From NCBI GenBank assembly GCA_951406725.2, contig OX597843.1, forward strand, positions 9,300,001-9,364,000: DNA of 64,000 nucleotides. Direction: 5' to 3'. The notes below the pieces were generated by a model. It was not told where the DNA came from. It saw only the letters and a list, made by a program, of their open reading frames with translations, and made no database searches. The position numbers were made by a program, and so were the translations under genes. Source of the DNA: Octopus vulgaris. Its lineage: Eukaryota. This document shows positions 25,890 to 39,921 of this stretch, piece by piece. The number at the start of each line of letters is the position of its first letter. The stretch's first letter is position 1.

Positions 25890-26060
25890 CTCTTTATCTT
25901 TGGCGGCCAGTTCCACCTCCAGTCGGGACTGTTTCAATACATCCACAGCCTGTTCCATGTCTGTAGCTTTCTCCATTTCTTCCACTTGATGTAAGTTCTG
26001 AGTCGCCGATGCTAGCTGCTGCCGAAGCTGTTCAACCTCACGTTCAGACGATTCTGTACG
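25890..26060 (-). CDS. cux1: cux exon ([40 protein letters not shown])
   Basis: Aligns to CUX1 [40 protein letters not shown]; 171 nt, phase 0/0. Confidence 0.95.
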
Positions 26061-28409
26061 CTGTAAATATCACAACACAACACTTTCGGTGAACAAACAG
26101 TTAACGAAATGCAGTGAACAGAGAGAGAGCACACAGCACAATGAACAGAGAGTCAAAGAAGCCTGGTGAACAGGGAACCCAATATAGTGAACAAATATTA
26201 AACGAAACACAATGTACAAGTGTATAAATGGAGGTAAGAGAAGTGAGAACAGAACAATGAACAGACAGGAAATGAAGGGGTACAGGGTTCAATTCTCATA
26301 GCTGTCTGCTGGCAACATTTTTTTGTGTCTTATCAAACCAAATACTCAATCTTCCTCTGCAAAACTATACTGTGTCCAAAATATATTTTCTTGTCTGTAA
26401 AATACACACACAAACACACACACACACATACATATACACATAAAGATAAATTAAATACAGAGATATTCTATCGACAATCCAATAATTTGTTTATATTACA
26501 ATATTACATTAAACACTAAGAATATAATATATAACATAATATAATATTATATAAATAATTATAAAAATCATAAAAGACCAGCAAATTGTTTCAATTTATA
26601 TATATATATATCAATAATAAAATATTAGGGAATAAATCCAAACTTACAGGGAGAAATCAGATTTAGGATTAAATCCAATTTTATAGTATAAATATATTAT
26701 ATTATATTATATTAAATTAAATTAGAGATAAAACCACTATTAGGCAAATCAAACAATGAAAAACATATATATATATATATATGTATATTTTTCATTTTCC
26801 TGATAAATATAATCACAGTTCCATTATATATAAATCACTTTATCTTTATAATTGATTAATAACAATATGTATATGGTGTCCAACTGAAGGACCAGCGAAT
26901 TGGATGTTTAACACAACCCTTTGAGAGATTTCTTTTCCTCAGTTTGTTCCTAAGAGTGTAGTGGGTGCCTTTTACGTGCCAGACGGGGCTGGCAAATGGC
27001 CACGGTCGGATGGTGCTTTTTACGTGCCACCGGCACGGGGGCCAGGTGAGGCTGGCAACGGCCACGATCGGATGGTGCTTTTTACGTACCACCGGCACGA
27101 AGGCCAGTTGGGGCGGCGCTAGCAACAGCCACGATCGGATGGTTCGCTTACGTGCCACCGGCACTGGTATCACAGCTGCAATTCCCATTGATGTTGATCG
27201 ACTTCGATTTTAGTTCCGATTTCTACTTGCCTCAACAGGTCTTCACAAGTGGAGTTTTGTGTCCCAAGAAGGAAAGGTATGCGTAAGTCGACTGGCTACA
27301 TCCCAGGTAGAGGCCACGGGTTATGGTCTCACTAGTCCTGCTGGGTCTTCTCACGCACAGCATACTTCCATAGGTCTCGGTCTCTGTATATATATATATA
27401 CATACATACACACACACATATATATACACACACACACATATATACACAAATACATATACATATTATATACACATTATATATATATATATCATCATCGTTT
27501 AACGTCTGCTTTCCATGCTAGCATGGGTTGGACGATTTTGACTGAGGGCTGGCAAACCAGATGGCTGCCCCAGACTTCAATCTTGATCTGGCAGAGTTTC
27601 TACAGCTGGATGCCCTTCCAAACGCCAACCACTCCGAGAGAATAGTGGGTGCTTTTTACGTGCCACTGGCACGGGGGTCAGTCAGGCGGTACTGGCAATG
27701 ACCTCGCTAGAATCTTTTTACACGTGCCAATCATGAATATTGAAAAGGATCCAAGAAGCAATGAAAATTTTAGTAAAAACAAATAGGTAAATGAATGGAA
27801 ACTGAACCAGTGGGTGTGTTAATGGATAGGGCATTAAAACAGAATGAATTTCCTCAAACACAATAATATGTTATATTATATTTATTGATACAGGCATGGC
27901 TGTGTGGTAAGTAGCTTGCTTACCAATTACATGGTTCCGGGTTCAGTCCCACTGCGTGGCACCTTGGGCAAGTGTCTTCTACTATAGCCTCGGGCTGGTC
28001 AAAGCCTTGTGAGTGGATCTGGTAGACAGAAACTGAAAGAAGCCCGTCAAATATGTGTGTGTGCGTGTATGTGTTTGTCCCTTTCCACTATCGCTTGACA
28101 ACCAATGTTGGTGTGTTTACGTCCCCCCGTAACTTGGCGGTTCGGCAAAAGAGACCGATAGAATAAGTACAAGGCTTACAAAAAAATAAACCCTGGGGTT
28201 GATTTGTTTGACTAAAAGGTGGTGCTCCAGCATGGCCACAGTCAAATTTTGACTGAAACAAATAAAAGAATAAAAGAAAAAGAAAAGAATATATACATAT
28301 ATATATATATATCTCCACAGTGAAGTCATGTCTAATTGCGGCACTAATTGATAAGATTAGGAAGAAGAAACTTTATCAGAGAGACTTGGACATTTCCAAT
28401 GAGACTTAC

Positions 28410-28458
28410 TTCTTTAGCACTTTGCAAATCTTTGATTACCATCTCCATTTCATTGCAT
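28410..28458 (-). CDS. cux1: cux exon (CNEMEMVIKDLQSAKE)
   Basis: Aligns to CUX1 ADEIEMIMTDLERANQ; 49 nt, phase 2/0, cttcttccag / gtaagt. Confidence 0.88.
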
Positions 28459-28501
28459 CTGGAAGAAGAGGAGGAAATACAGTTAATAATACAGCAACAG
28501 C

Positions 28502-28532
<31 letters not shown>

Positions 28533-29799
28533 GCCCTGATGCAGTACATAGCCCTGATGCAGTACCAGGCAGTGGCTATCATGGCTTCTGATCTTAACTG
28601 ATTGGAAGTGTTATCATGTACATTGTTTGGTCTTGGTATAAAAGATGGTCTACAGCAAATATTCTGCTCAATACCACAGATTTGCTAATGCCCTGATGCA
28701 GTACCAGGCAGTGGCTATCATGGCTTCTGATCTTAACTGATTGGAAGTGTTATCATGTACATTGTTTGGTCTTGGTATAAAAGATGGTCTACAGCAAATA
28801 TTCTGCTCAATACCACAGATTTGCTAATGCCCTGATGCAGTACCAGGCAGTGGCTCTCATGGCTTCTGATCTTAACTGATTGGAAGTGTTATCATGTACA
28901 TTGTTTGGTCTTGGTATAAAAGATGGTCTACAGCAAATATTCTGCTCAATACCACAGATTTGCTAATGCCCTGATGCAGTACCAGGCAGTGGCTCTCATG
29001 GCTTCTGATCTTAACTGATTGGAAGTGTTATCATGTACATTGTTTGGTCTTGGTATAAAAGATGGTCTACAGCAAATATTCTGCTCAATACCACAGATTT
29101 GCTAATGCCCTGATGCAGTACCAGGCAGTGGCTCTCATGGCTTCTGATCTTAACAGATTGGAAGTGTTATCATGTACATTGTTTGGTCTTGGTATAAAAG
29201 ATGGGCTACAGTAAATATTCTGCTCAATACCACAGATTTGCTAATACCCTGATGCAGTACCAGGCAGTGGCTCTCATGGCTTCTGATCTTAACTGATTGG
29301 AAGTGTTATCATGTACATTGTTTTGTCTTGGTATAAAAGATGGCCTAAAGCAAATATTCTGCTCAATACCAAAGATTTGCTTGTCAGTTGTTTGACCATA
29401 ACCAGTTGAGCATGTCCCTTAGTAGCTGACGATATGTGCATCTCTGATCATGAGCAGAAGTAGTGGGGGAGCATCATAGCCATGTGTTGAGAGGGATTCT
29501 TTGGGGTTTGAACAATTCACCTCTGGAAACATGGGTGGTTCTTTCAACATTCTTAAACAACCATTATTCAGGGACCTTTTGAGCGGGATGGGCTACTCAA
29601 CCTGAAGAAAATTCTAACTGGGCTCCACCTGCAAGGTCATGTGCTGTTTATCTTGATATGAGATCACCATGTTGCGCACATATGGTTGTGATGCATGTGC
29701 CTGGTGTACCCTTATCAGACGGGTAGTCATGATGGGTATATTGGGCTTCGTATATTTTACCCCAGTGTCACTTTGATGGCATGAACTGCTCTCTCACTC
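28533..29799 (+). mobile_element. TAA-flanked ~555-bp element with its first 139 bp in 6 tandem copies
   Basis: GCCCTGATGCAGTACCAGG recurs every 139 bp from 28551; the remainder matches the 6318-6873 copy. Confidence 0.85.
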
Positions 29800-29900
29800 A
29801 AAAATAATAATAATAATGACAACGATGACGTCATCGTTATTATTATTGTCATTATTATTAAAGCAGCAAGCTTGCAGAGTTGCTAGCATGCCAGGCAAAA

Positions 29901-30270
29901 CCGCAGAACGGGGCGCCACTGCGTGGTGCCAAAGATTCCAACATCACCATCAAAATACAGGTCCAGATACTGCAACAGCTTGGGTTTCAGAGGACCACGG
30001 CTCTTTAACATCCTCCCTAAATGCCTGAGAGACTTACATGGTGTGGATGTGGGTTTCTTTAAAACTAAGCTGGATCTCTTCTTGTCGGGGGGTCCCAGAT
30101 GAACCTACCTCACGACAGGAGACACAGATGCGGGCAGCGGCATCGAACTGCCTTGTTGATCAAGTGCCACGTATCAGAGGTGGATTCACATATTAGTGTA
30201 GCTCATTCAGTGGTGGTGCCCCAGCATGGCCGCGGCCTTTGTGCTAAAACATTTTTAAGGATTTAAGGAT
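29901..30270 (+). mobile_element. CR1-clade LINE 3' end
   Basis: GPRLFNILPKCLRDL..FFKTKLDLFLSGVPDEP..RAAASNCLVDQ (one frameshift), short UTR and (TTTAAGGA) tail. Confidence 0.8.
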
Positions 30271-30677
30271 ATATGCATACACATGCACACACATACATAT
30301 ATACACACACACATATATATATATATATACATATATACATTACATATACACACACATTTATGCATACACACACACAAATATATATGCATACGCACACACA
30401 CACATATACATACATATATAAAAGGTCATGGGATTGCACGGAGAAAGTTCCCTTCCGAGGCATAAGTCCTGGCAGAGTTATTTGTGGCAGACCTGCATTC
30501 GCGCATGCACACCAGCCTCACCTCTCCGTGCCACTGATGTTATCCAAGGGAAAGGCAAAGGGGCCGATACAGCTTGGCCTCTATGACATCGCAACTCATT
30601 TCCAAAGCTGAGTGAACTGGAACATTGTGAAAATAAAGTGTCTTGCTCAAGAACACAACATGCAGCCCAGTCCGGGA

Positions 30678-30735
<58 letters not shown>

Positions 30736-32817
30736 TGAGATCCCCTTTGGTCACAACACAGAGCATGGGATTGCACCTAGAAAGTTGCCCTCCCAGGCAC
30801 AAGTCCAGGCAAGATTGTTTATGGAAGACCAGAGGTCACCCGTGCATACCGGCCTCTCCTCTCCACACCACTGGTGTTATCCAAGGGAAAGGCAAAGGGG
30901 CCGATACAGCTTGGCACCTGAGACGTCGCAACTCATTTCTACAGCTGAGTAAACTGGAGCAACGTGAAATAAAGTGTCTTGCTCAAGAACACAACGCGCA
31001 GTCCGGTCCAGGAATCGAACTCACAACCTCATGACTGTGAGCCAAAGCTCTAACCACTGAGCCATGCACCTTCACACACACACACAAACACACACATCTA
31101 TATCACTGCCTTGTGTAAACACCCGTAACCCCTACAGACACGTGTGTCTGCATATACATACATGTGTACTGAGGGTTGTGTCTGCATACATCCGTCATTA
31201 TGTAGCATGAGTGTGTTTATTTCCATGACTATAGAAATAGTATGGTTATTGCTATGACTAAGCCGAGTATATATATGTGGATATATGTATCTATGCATGC
31301 GCCTGTGTGTATGTGTGTGTGTGTGTGTGTGCATGTGTGTGTGGAGGCCCACATCCACTTGACTGAACAAAGTGACGTTATAAATAAAAGTAGGTTGCAC
31401 AATTGTTTTTTTTTTTTTTTAGTTTTTTTTTTTCTTTCTTTGTTTTGGGGGTAATATTGTCCAATGAGATGACCCGATTTCTTCACTGCCCCCGCCCCCC
31501 CCCCCAACTCACCTCACTGCCCCACCACCAACCATTCCTCTGATTATTTTAGTAATTCTTAACAATTGAACCAAGAAAAAAAAACACATTATATTTATTC
31601 TTAACACCACCACCACCACCACCTCTCATACCATTATTACCAACTCCACAACCACAGTCAACACCATTACCACCACCACCACCACCACCACCACCACCAC
31701 CACCTCCGCTGCTGCCATATTTAGATTCCAGTGATTTGGTACCCAATTCTGATAATCCTAGAAGACAGATATCCATATAATATAATATTCGTGTTTCCTG
31801 AGGTGGGTGTCATTTCCATCTCACGACTTGAAGCAGATGAGAAATAAAACTCCACCTGGAGACAATGCCAGTCTACTGCAGGTTGACGCTCTCCCCAGAC
31901 AGTCCGATGCTACCCATTTTCCTCACAACTGCCCTCCTAGGTGCACTGAGATCATCATCATCATCTTTGTTTAGCGTCCGCTTTCCATGCTAGCATGGGT
32001 TGGACGGTTGGACGGTTTATCTGGTTGTGGATAAAGAAGACCGTGGGAACAAATTGGGCAATTTTGGGCAAAATATGTACCCTTTTACCAAGTTATAACA
32101 AAAAGTTAGTGAAATATTTAAAATGTTTACCACCCACTACACTCACGGAGTGGTTGACGTTAGGAAGGGCATCCAGCTGTAGAAACACTGCCAGATCAGA
32201 CTGGAGCCTGGGGCAGCCCCTGGCTCCCCAGACCCCGGTCGAACCGTCCAACCCATCCTAGCATGGAGAACGGACGTTAAACGATGATGATGAGATTTTA
32301 CAAAAACAAAAATATTTAAAAAAAATTTTTTTTCTATTGGGTGAAACAGAAAACTGTGATAATAAAGAAAGAAAGGGAACCCCCCCCCCCACACTTGCCA
32401 GAGACGCCGCAACACTCAGAGATTGAACACGGGAGCTCACGGCTGCAACGCAATGTTCGAAACCACACAGCCATCCCTGCGCTCATGCGTGAGTATATGG
32501 TAAAGGTGTGTATGTGTGAGTGTGTGTAAATATATGGTATGTGTGTGTGTGTGTGTGAATATATGTTATGTGTGTGTGTGTGTGAATATATGTTATGTGT
32601 GTGTGTGTGAATATATGTTATGTGTGTGTGTGTGAATATATGTTATGTGTGTGTGTGTATCAATATAGAGTAAATATATACGTGTGTGTATGTGTGTATG
32701 TATGAAAATATGGTAAATATGTACTGAGTGACTAGTTTGCCATAGTTTCTGAATTTAAGGAATTATTTTAGACATACACATATATATACCACACAGAAAC
32801 ACACACACACACACAAA

Positions 32818-32875
<58 letters not shown>

Positions 32876-32888
32876 TTATATATATATA

Positions 32889-32929
<41 letters not shown>

Positions 32930-32945
32930 GTATACCATGTGTGTC

Positions 32946-32990
<45 letters not shown>

Positions 32991-33332
32991 GTGTGTGTGT
33001 ATGTATAAATAAGTATAGATGTATGTATAGATGTGTATAGATATATATGTATAAATATGTATATATATATATATGTGTGTGTACATATATATGTATGTAT
33101 ATATATATATATATATATGTATATATAGTTCTACATCAAATAATGTTCATTCACTGTGAAACCATATAAGCGAAACACTCACATCTTTACTATAAACACA
33201 CACACATACATACACATGCACACACACACACACACATACACACACACACACACACACACAGAGGAGGTCAGTATTTCTGAATAAGAACTGACTCAAACAA
33301 TGACAGTCCACGACAGCATGTTAAAATATTAT

Positions 33333-33386
<54 letters not shown>

Positions 33387-34632
33387 CTTGGAATCTCAAA
33401 CAATCACCTGTGTGCCAACCCATCCAAGTTAATTTGTATTTTAAAACAAAGAAATGAATTTTTTTTTAATCTAAAGTACCCCCAAAATAGCCGCTGGTTA
33501 CCTCTGACCTGGCGCCAATGCTTCACAGAGACCAGTTGAAGTGGATAACCTACATTAAAACAACAGCAACAACACTATCTAACACACATCTAGACAACAG
33601 GGGAGCTTCTACATGGTTCTCCAAAATGCTAGAAATAGCAGCTATGTGACCAGAACTGAAGCATTTTTTTCACTAACAGAAGGACGTGTTGGACAACATC
33701 ATTTTACAATGTACTCAGTTGACATTAGTTGGACTAGGATCATCACCCTGGATTGTTGCTCCACCGAGTTGATCTAAGTCCTGCCGTGTGGCATCTTGGG
33801 GAATTCTCTTCTATTGTAGCTTCAGGTTGACCAAAGCCTTGTGAGTGGATTCGGTAGACGGAAACTGAAAGAGGCCCCTTGCAATTTTCTGCTTCGGGAC
33901 CCCATCCCTTCAATCAAAATTCATATTCTAGGCACCCTTTATTCCTAGCTGTATTTTACTCTATTCTATCTGAAGTTCAATATTTCTCATTATCCTACTC
34001 TCTCTTTTTTTACTCTTTCTAGTTGTTTCAGTCATTTTGACTGCGGCCATGCTGGAGCACCGCCTTTAGTCGAGCAACTCGACCCCGGGACTTATTCTTT
34101 GTAAGCCCAGTACTTATTCTATCGGTATCTTACGCCGAACCGCTAATTGATGAGGACATAAACACACCAGCATCGGTTGTCAAGCAATGCTAGCGGGACA
34201 AACACAGACACACAAACACACACACATATATATATACACATATATACGAAGGGCTTCTTTCAGTTTCCGTCTACCAAATCCACTCACAAGGCTTTGGTCG
34301 GCCCGAGGCTACAGCAGAAGACACTTGCCCAAGGTGCCACGCAGTGGGACTGAACCCGGAACCATGTGGTTGGTAAGCAAGCTACTTACCACACAGCCAC
34401 TCTGGCGCCTATGAAGTACAAGTTAAGAATTTATTTAGGTCTATTACAAACAGTTTTATTCTTGTTCAACATCTTAACCAAAGTAAATCGATGACTCATC
34501 GACGTACTTTGACCTTAACATGGGGACCCTCAACTGCGGAGGCCCCCTGTGATCGCAGGGGTTGAAGGGGCTTAGCAACGGGCCCTGCCTGTCACATATA
34601 TAAATATATATATAATATATATTTAATATATA

Positions 34633-34686
34633 TTCTGCTGAGGATCATACGACGTAAGTTGAATGTGAAATCACGGTGATACAGAA
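34633..34686 (+). ncRNA. Type-I hammerhead ribozyme with intact catalytic core
   Basis: TTCTG-CTGAGGA-[stem II with GTAA tetraloop]-GAA-ATCAC-G-GTGAT-A-CAGAA. Confidence 0.72.
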
Positions 34687-34812
34687 CTAAATTCATTTTT
34701 TAAATGTCTTGCTTTGAAAAACTGCATTTAGGTATGATTAGTATAATTTTGGTAGTAATGACTTTGTCCCTCTTAGTGTGAGGCATTTATGTGTAATAAT
34801 GCCCTCTATACA

Positions 34813-34881
<69 letters not shown>

Positions 34882-35054
34882 TATATATATATATAAATAT
34901 ATATATAAATATATATAATATATCTATCTATCTATCTATCTAGAATGGAAGAAAGCGCTAATGATCTAAGTGATATGATATATATACAAAAAATGTAATA
35001 TACAAATAAATATCTGTAAATATAAACCATCCGATCTTCTGATTACCTCATTTC

Positions 35055-35117
<63 letters not shown>

Positions 35118-35287
35118 ATATATGACACACACACACACATGTACATACATACACACAAGGGGGTGCTGAAAAGTTTTTGGACAAAGAATTCGGAGTTTAA
35201 GTTCAAATCATTTGAGAACCTCTACACAAATTCTTTACTGAACATTTCTACTTCTAAACTAATGTGTATGTGTGTGCATACACACAT

Positions 35288-35324
<37 letters not shown>

Positions 35325-35429
35325 AGAGATTATAAATCAGTTAAGAGAGAGAGAAACAGAGAGAGAGGGGTTGATAGATAGACAGACAGATAAAAGGATT
35401 AAACAGATAGGCAGACAGATTAATTTAAT

Positions 35430-35674
35430 CTAGTTAGATAGATAGATAGGTAGATAGATAGATAAGTTTCTTTATTGGCCACACAGGGCTGCACACAGAT
35501 GGGACAAGTTACAAGGTAGAGCTTTTCTTTTGGGGGAGAAAAAAAAAAGACGGCGTAGGTTTCCGATCAAAAGGGATCGTAAAAGGGAAAAAAGAACAAA
35601 AAAAGAAAAAAAGAAAGATAGATGGGTATACAGATAGGTAGAGAGATAGATAGATAGATAGTAAATATATATCT

Positions 35675-35748
<74 letters not shown>

Positions 35749-35753
35749 GGGTG

Positions 35754-35792
<39 letters not shown>

Positions 35793-36220
35793 GGATAGAT
35801 AAGATAGACAGATGGATAGGCAGATAGATAGATAGATAGATAGATAGACAGACAGACGATAGATAGATAGATAGATAGATGGATAGATAAGATAGACAGA
35901 TGGATAGGCAGATAGATAGATAGATAGATAGACAGACGATAGATAGATAGATAGATAGATGGATAGATAGATAGATGGATAGATAAGATAGACAGATGGA
36001 TAGGCAGATAGATAGATAGATGGGTAGAGATAGATAGATAGATAGATGGACAGATAGATGGGTAGATAGATAGATAGATAGATAGACAGACACAGACGGA
36101 TAAATAGAGAGACAAATAGATAGACAGACAGATAGATAGGACAGACAGACTAAGAGACAGACAAATAGATAGAGAGATAGACTGATAGACACACAGACAG
36201 ACAGATAGATAGATAGATGG
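35430..36220. repeat. (AGAT)n/(AGAC)n microsatellite tract
   Basis: Read directly. Confidence 0.93.
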
Positions 36221-38309
36221 GAATGGTAAAAGAGGGGTGGCTAAAGAAACTAGTTTGATTCTAAAGAATACTGAAATAACGGTGGTAATGGTGGTGGTGG
36301 TGGTGGTGGTGGGTAGCAGCAGCAGCAGCAGCAAAGATGCTGATGATAGGAAAAAAGAAAATACCAATTTAATAAATGCCATCATCATCATCATCACCAC
36401 CGCCCACAACTGCAACCATCGCCACCACCACCACCACCACTCCCAGTCCCCTCCCCCCCCCCACTGTCAGAAAGTACAAGAAGAATGTAGGTCAGAGTTT
36501 ACTCTGCACAAAACTGTTTGGGTTGATAAAGTGAAAGTGAGGGGGAGGGGGGTGTCACGAAGGGGACGGACGGGAGGGGGGAAGGGGGCAGCAGTGATGG
36601 CGGGGGGGGGGGAATGGAGGGGAGTGGTGCGATCAGCTCATCTTTTTTTTTTTTTTTTTTTGGGAAATTCAGTCACGGTGTATCTAGGACTACATTATCC
36701 AATGCAAAACTTCCCCCCCTTTTTTCTTTTAAAACAGTAACACCGTGATGTGGAGAGTTGACTCGAGGCACGATTTGGCTGCTATTTCTAGCCAGTCAAA
36801 TGGCTGATTGCACGGTGACTTTTTCTGAGACTTCAGCAACCCTCTACATGATCCTCTTTCATGTGGGTGCATGTGAAAATCATTGATGCTATCATCATCA
36901 TCATCTTCACCACCACCATCATCATAATCGTCATCATCGGCGTGACCATCATAATCATCATCATCATCATCATCGTTGCCATCATTGTGACACCATCAGA
37001 ATCATCGTCGTGACCATCATCATAATCAACATCATCATCATCTTCACCACCACCATCATCATCATCATCATCGTTGCCATCATCATCATCGTCGTGACCA
37101 TCATCATCATCGTTGCCATCATTATGACATCATCGTCATGACCATCATCATAATCACCATCATCATCATCATCATCAATTACTCCAGCAACCACCTTTCC
37201 AATCTTGCATCAGAAAGTGGATCGGACGGAATGTATTTGAAGCAGGTTTGCTACGGCTGGGTGCTCATCCTGTCACCAACACGCACTCGTTTCCAAATAA
37301 GGTAAATATTTGCCTTGTGCCTGGGCACATTTCCCACAGAAGGCGGCACATCGAGAATACCACTCGAACGACTGTGACACTCGTGTACAAACTATTGCAC
37401 AATGCCAACACAAAGAGATACAAACACATACACACACACACATATATATATATAGACAGATAGCAAGGTATACATGCAGGGCGGCTGTGCTTCCCAACCA
37501 CATGGTTCCGGGTTCAGTCCCACTGTGTGGCACCTTGGGCAAGTGTCTTCTACTATAGCCTCAGGCCGACCAAAGCCTTGTGAGTGGATTTGGTAGACGG
37601 AAACTGAAAGAAGCCCATCAAGTGTATGTGTGTGTATGTGTATATATATATATATATATAAATATATGTATATATATATATATACACACATACACACACA
37701 CAGTTTGTTTTCTCCGTGAATTCTCCCCCTATATATATATATATATACACACATATACATAAACATATATATGTATACATATGTATGTGCATGTGTGTGT
37801 ATATATATATACATGTGTGTGTGTGTGTGTGTGTGCGTGCGTCTGTATATATATATATATATATGTATATTAGTGTGTCTTCATGGGTACCAGTTACGCA
37901 TCATCAGCATTGGCCATGACTACAATCTCACTTTGCTTGACAGGTCTTCTAAAGCACGGTATATCGTTAAAGGCCTCGGTCACTTGTCACTGCTTCCGTG
38001 AGGCCCAAAGTTTGAAGGGTGCTTTTTATGTGCCACTGGCATGGGTGCTAGGTACACAACCCTGGCATTGGCCACAACTATGATTTCACTTCACTTGAGG
38101 GGTCTTCTCAAGCAGTGCATATCGGTCACTTGTCATTACCTCAGCGAGGCCCAACATGCATGTGTGTGTTTGGGTCTCCTGGTCTGGACATTGCACAGTA
38201 CCTGTAAACAAGCATCACTGTCACACAAGCAGTGTCATCCATTTCACATATCCTGCAAGAACATGTCCGGCCATGGCAGAAATATCACCTGCCCTTGAAA
38301 CAGGCGTTA

Positions 38310-38680
38310 AGGAGGGTCAGGATTGGAACTTGAAATACAAAGTAGCCAGACAATTAATTCTGAGAAATACTGCACACGACTGGACGAGTTAAAAGCAGAA
38401 ATTCAAGAGAAACGTCCAGAATTGGCCAACAGGAAGGGTGTTGTTTCCCAATATGAAAAACAAGACCGCACGTTTCTTTGGGAACCAGACAAAAATTGCT
38501 GCAGCTCAGCTGGGATGTGTTACCCAACCCTCCATATTCACCAGATATTGCTCCTTCGGATTTCCACTTATTCAGGTCTCTCCAGAATAGTCTTTATGGT
38601 AGAAATTTCAATTCCTTGGATGACGTAAAAAGATGCCTTGATGAATTCTTTGCCATGAAACCACCTCAATTCTGGGACAA
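38310..38680 (+). mobile_element. Mariner transposase internal fragment
   Basis: TINSEKYCTRLDELKAEIQEKRPEL; WDVLPNPPYSPDIAPSDFHLFRSLQNSL. Confidence 0.88.
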
Positions 38681-39439
38681 CCCAATAACATGGTACCTGC
38701 AACAAGATCAAATTCTTGAGCCACGATTTGGCCATATTCTACTTCACTAACTTCAGAAACAAGAAGCGGGAATACATATATACTTACTTTTTTTTACGCA
38801 TGGTTCCGGGTTCAGTCCCACTGCGTGGCATCTTGGGCAAGTGTCTTCTGCTATAGCCTCGGGCCGACCAAAGCCTTGTGAGTGGATTTGGTAGACGGAA
38901 ACTGAAAGAAGCCTGTCGTATATATGTATGTGTGTGTATTTGTGTTTGTCCCGCTAGCATTGCTTGACAAGCGATGCTGGTGTGTTTATGTCCCCGTCAC
39001 TTAGCGGTTCGGCAAAAGAGTCCGATAGAATAAGTACTGGGCTTACAAAAGAATAAGTCCCGGGGTTGAGTTGCTCGATTAAAGGCGGTGCTCCAGCATG
39101 GCCGCAGTCAAATGACTGAAACAAGTAAAAGAGTAAAGAGTTTCAGTTGGACTGTGGCCATGCTGGGGCACCAACTTCAAGGGTCTTTATGTTTTTTAAG
39201 TCTGGTGCCACGTATAAAGCACCTGTGCTTGGTGCCATGTACAAATCACCCGTGTGAGTACTGCATAAAAAGGACCCTTGCCACTGCCAAGTATGGAGTA
39301 CCCAGAACACTGTAAAACGGGTGGAGGTTTAAAGGGTATCCAACTGAAGAAACAAGGCTAAAACAGAAAACTAGAGTCTGGTACGGCTCTCCAGTCTTGC
39401 CAACTCCTGTCAAATTGCCCAACCCATACCAGCACAGAT

Positions 39440-39511
<72 letters not shown>

Positions 39512-39615
39512 ATCCAAACAAGAAAACACAGAAAAAAAGAGAGAAAAAAACACGGCAACGCAAGGACGTGGAACAATTAAAGTATTATTGACGCTCAGGA
39601 AAGAAGGGAAGGAGG

Positions 39616-39650
39616 GTTTAACGTTTCGAGCGGAGCTCTTCGTCGGAAAC
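39616..39650 (-). ncRNA. Minimal hammerhead-like motif (Penelope type)
   Basis: GTTT-CCGACGA-AGAGCTCCGCTC-GAA-ACGT-T-AAAC. Confidence 0.55.
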
Positions 39651-39740
39651 AAGGAGAAGGTAAGATCCCAAGAAGGGAAGACAGAGGAAAAAATATTTTT
39701 GCTGGTGGTGCTCAAGAGATCACATAGAGAGAGAGAGAGA

Positions 39741-39833
<93 letters not shown>

Positions 39834-39854
39834 TTAATTGAACCAAACACTCAC

Positions 39855-39921
39855 TTTGTTTTTTCCACTTCATTATATTTCGATTTTAATTCTAACACCT
39901 CAGCTTGTGCACTTTCTAAGG
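39855..39921 (-). CDS. cux1: cux exon (ALESAQAEVLELKSKYNEVEKTK)
   Basis: Aligns to CUX1 [23 protein letters not shown]; 67 nt, phase 1/2. Confidence 0.92.

Noticed and set aside
31549-31950. Unique segment with a poly-Gly ORF and AAACTCCACCT shared with ~41101
   Set aside because: No convincing in-phase exon, and the shared motif is only 11 bp.
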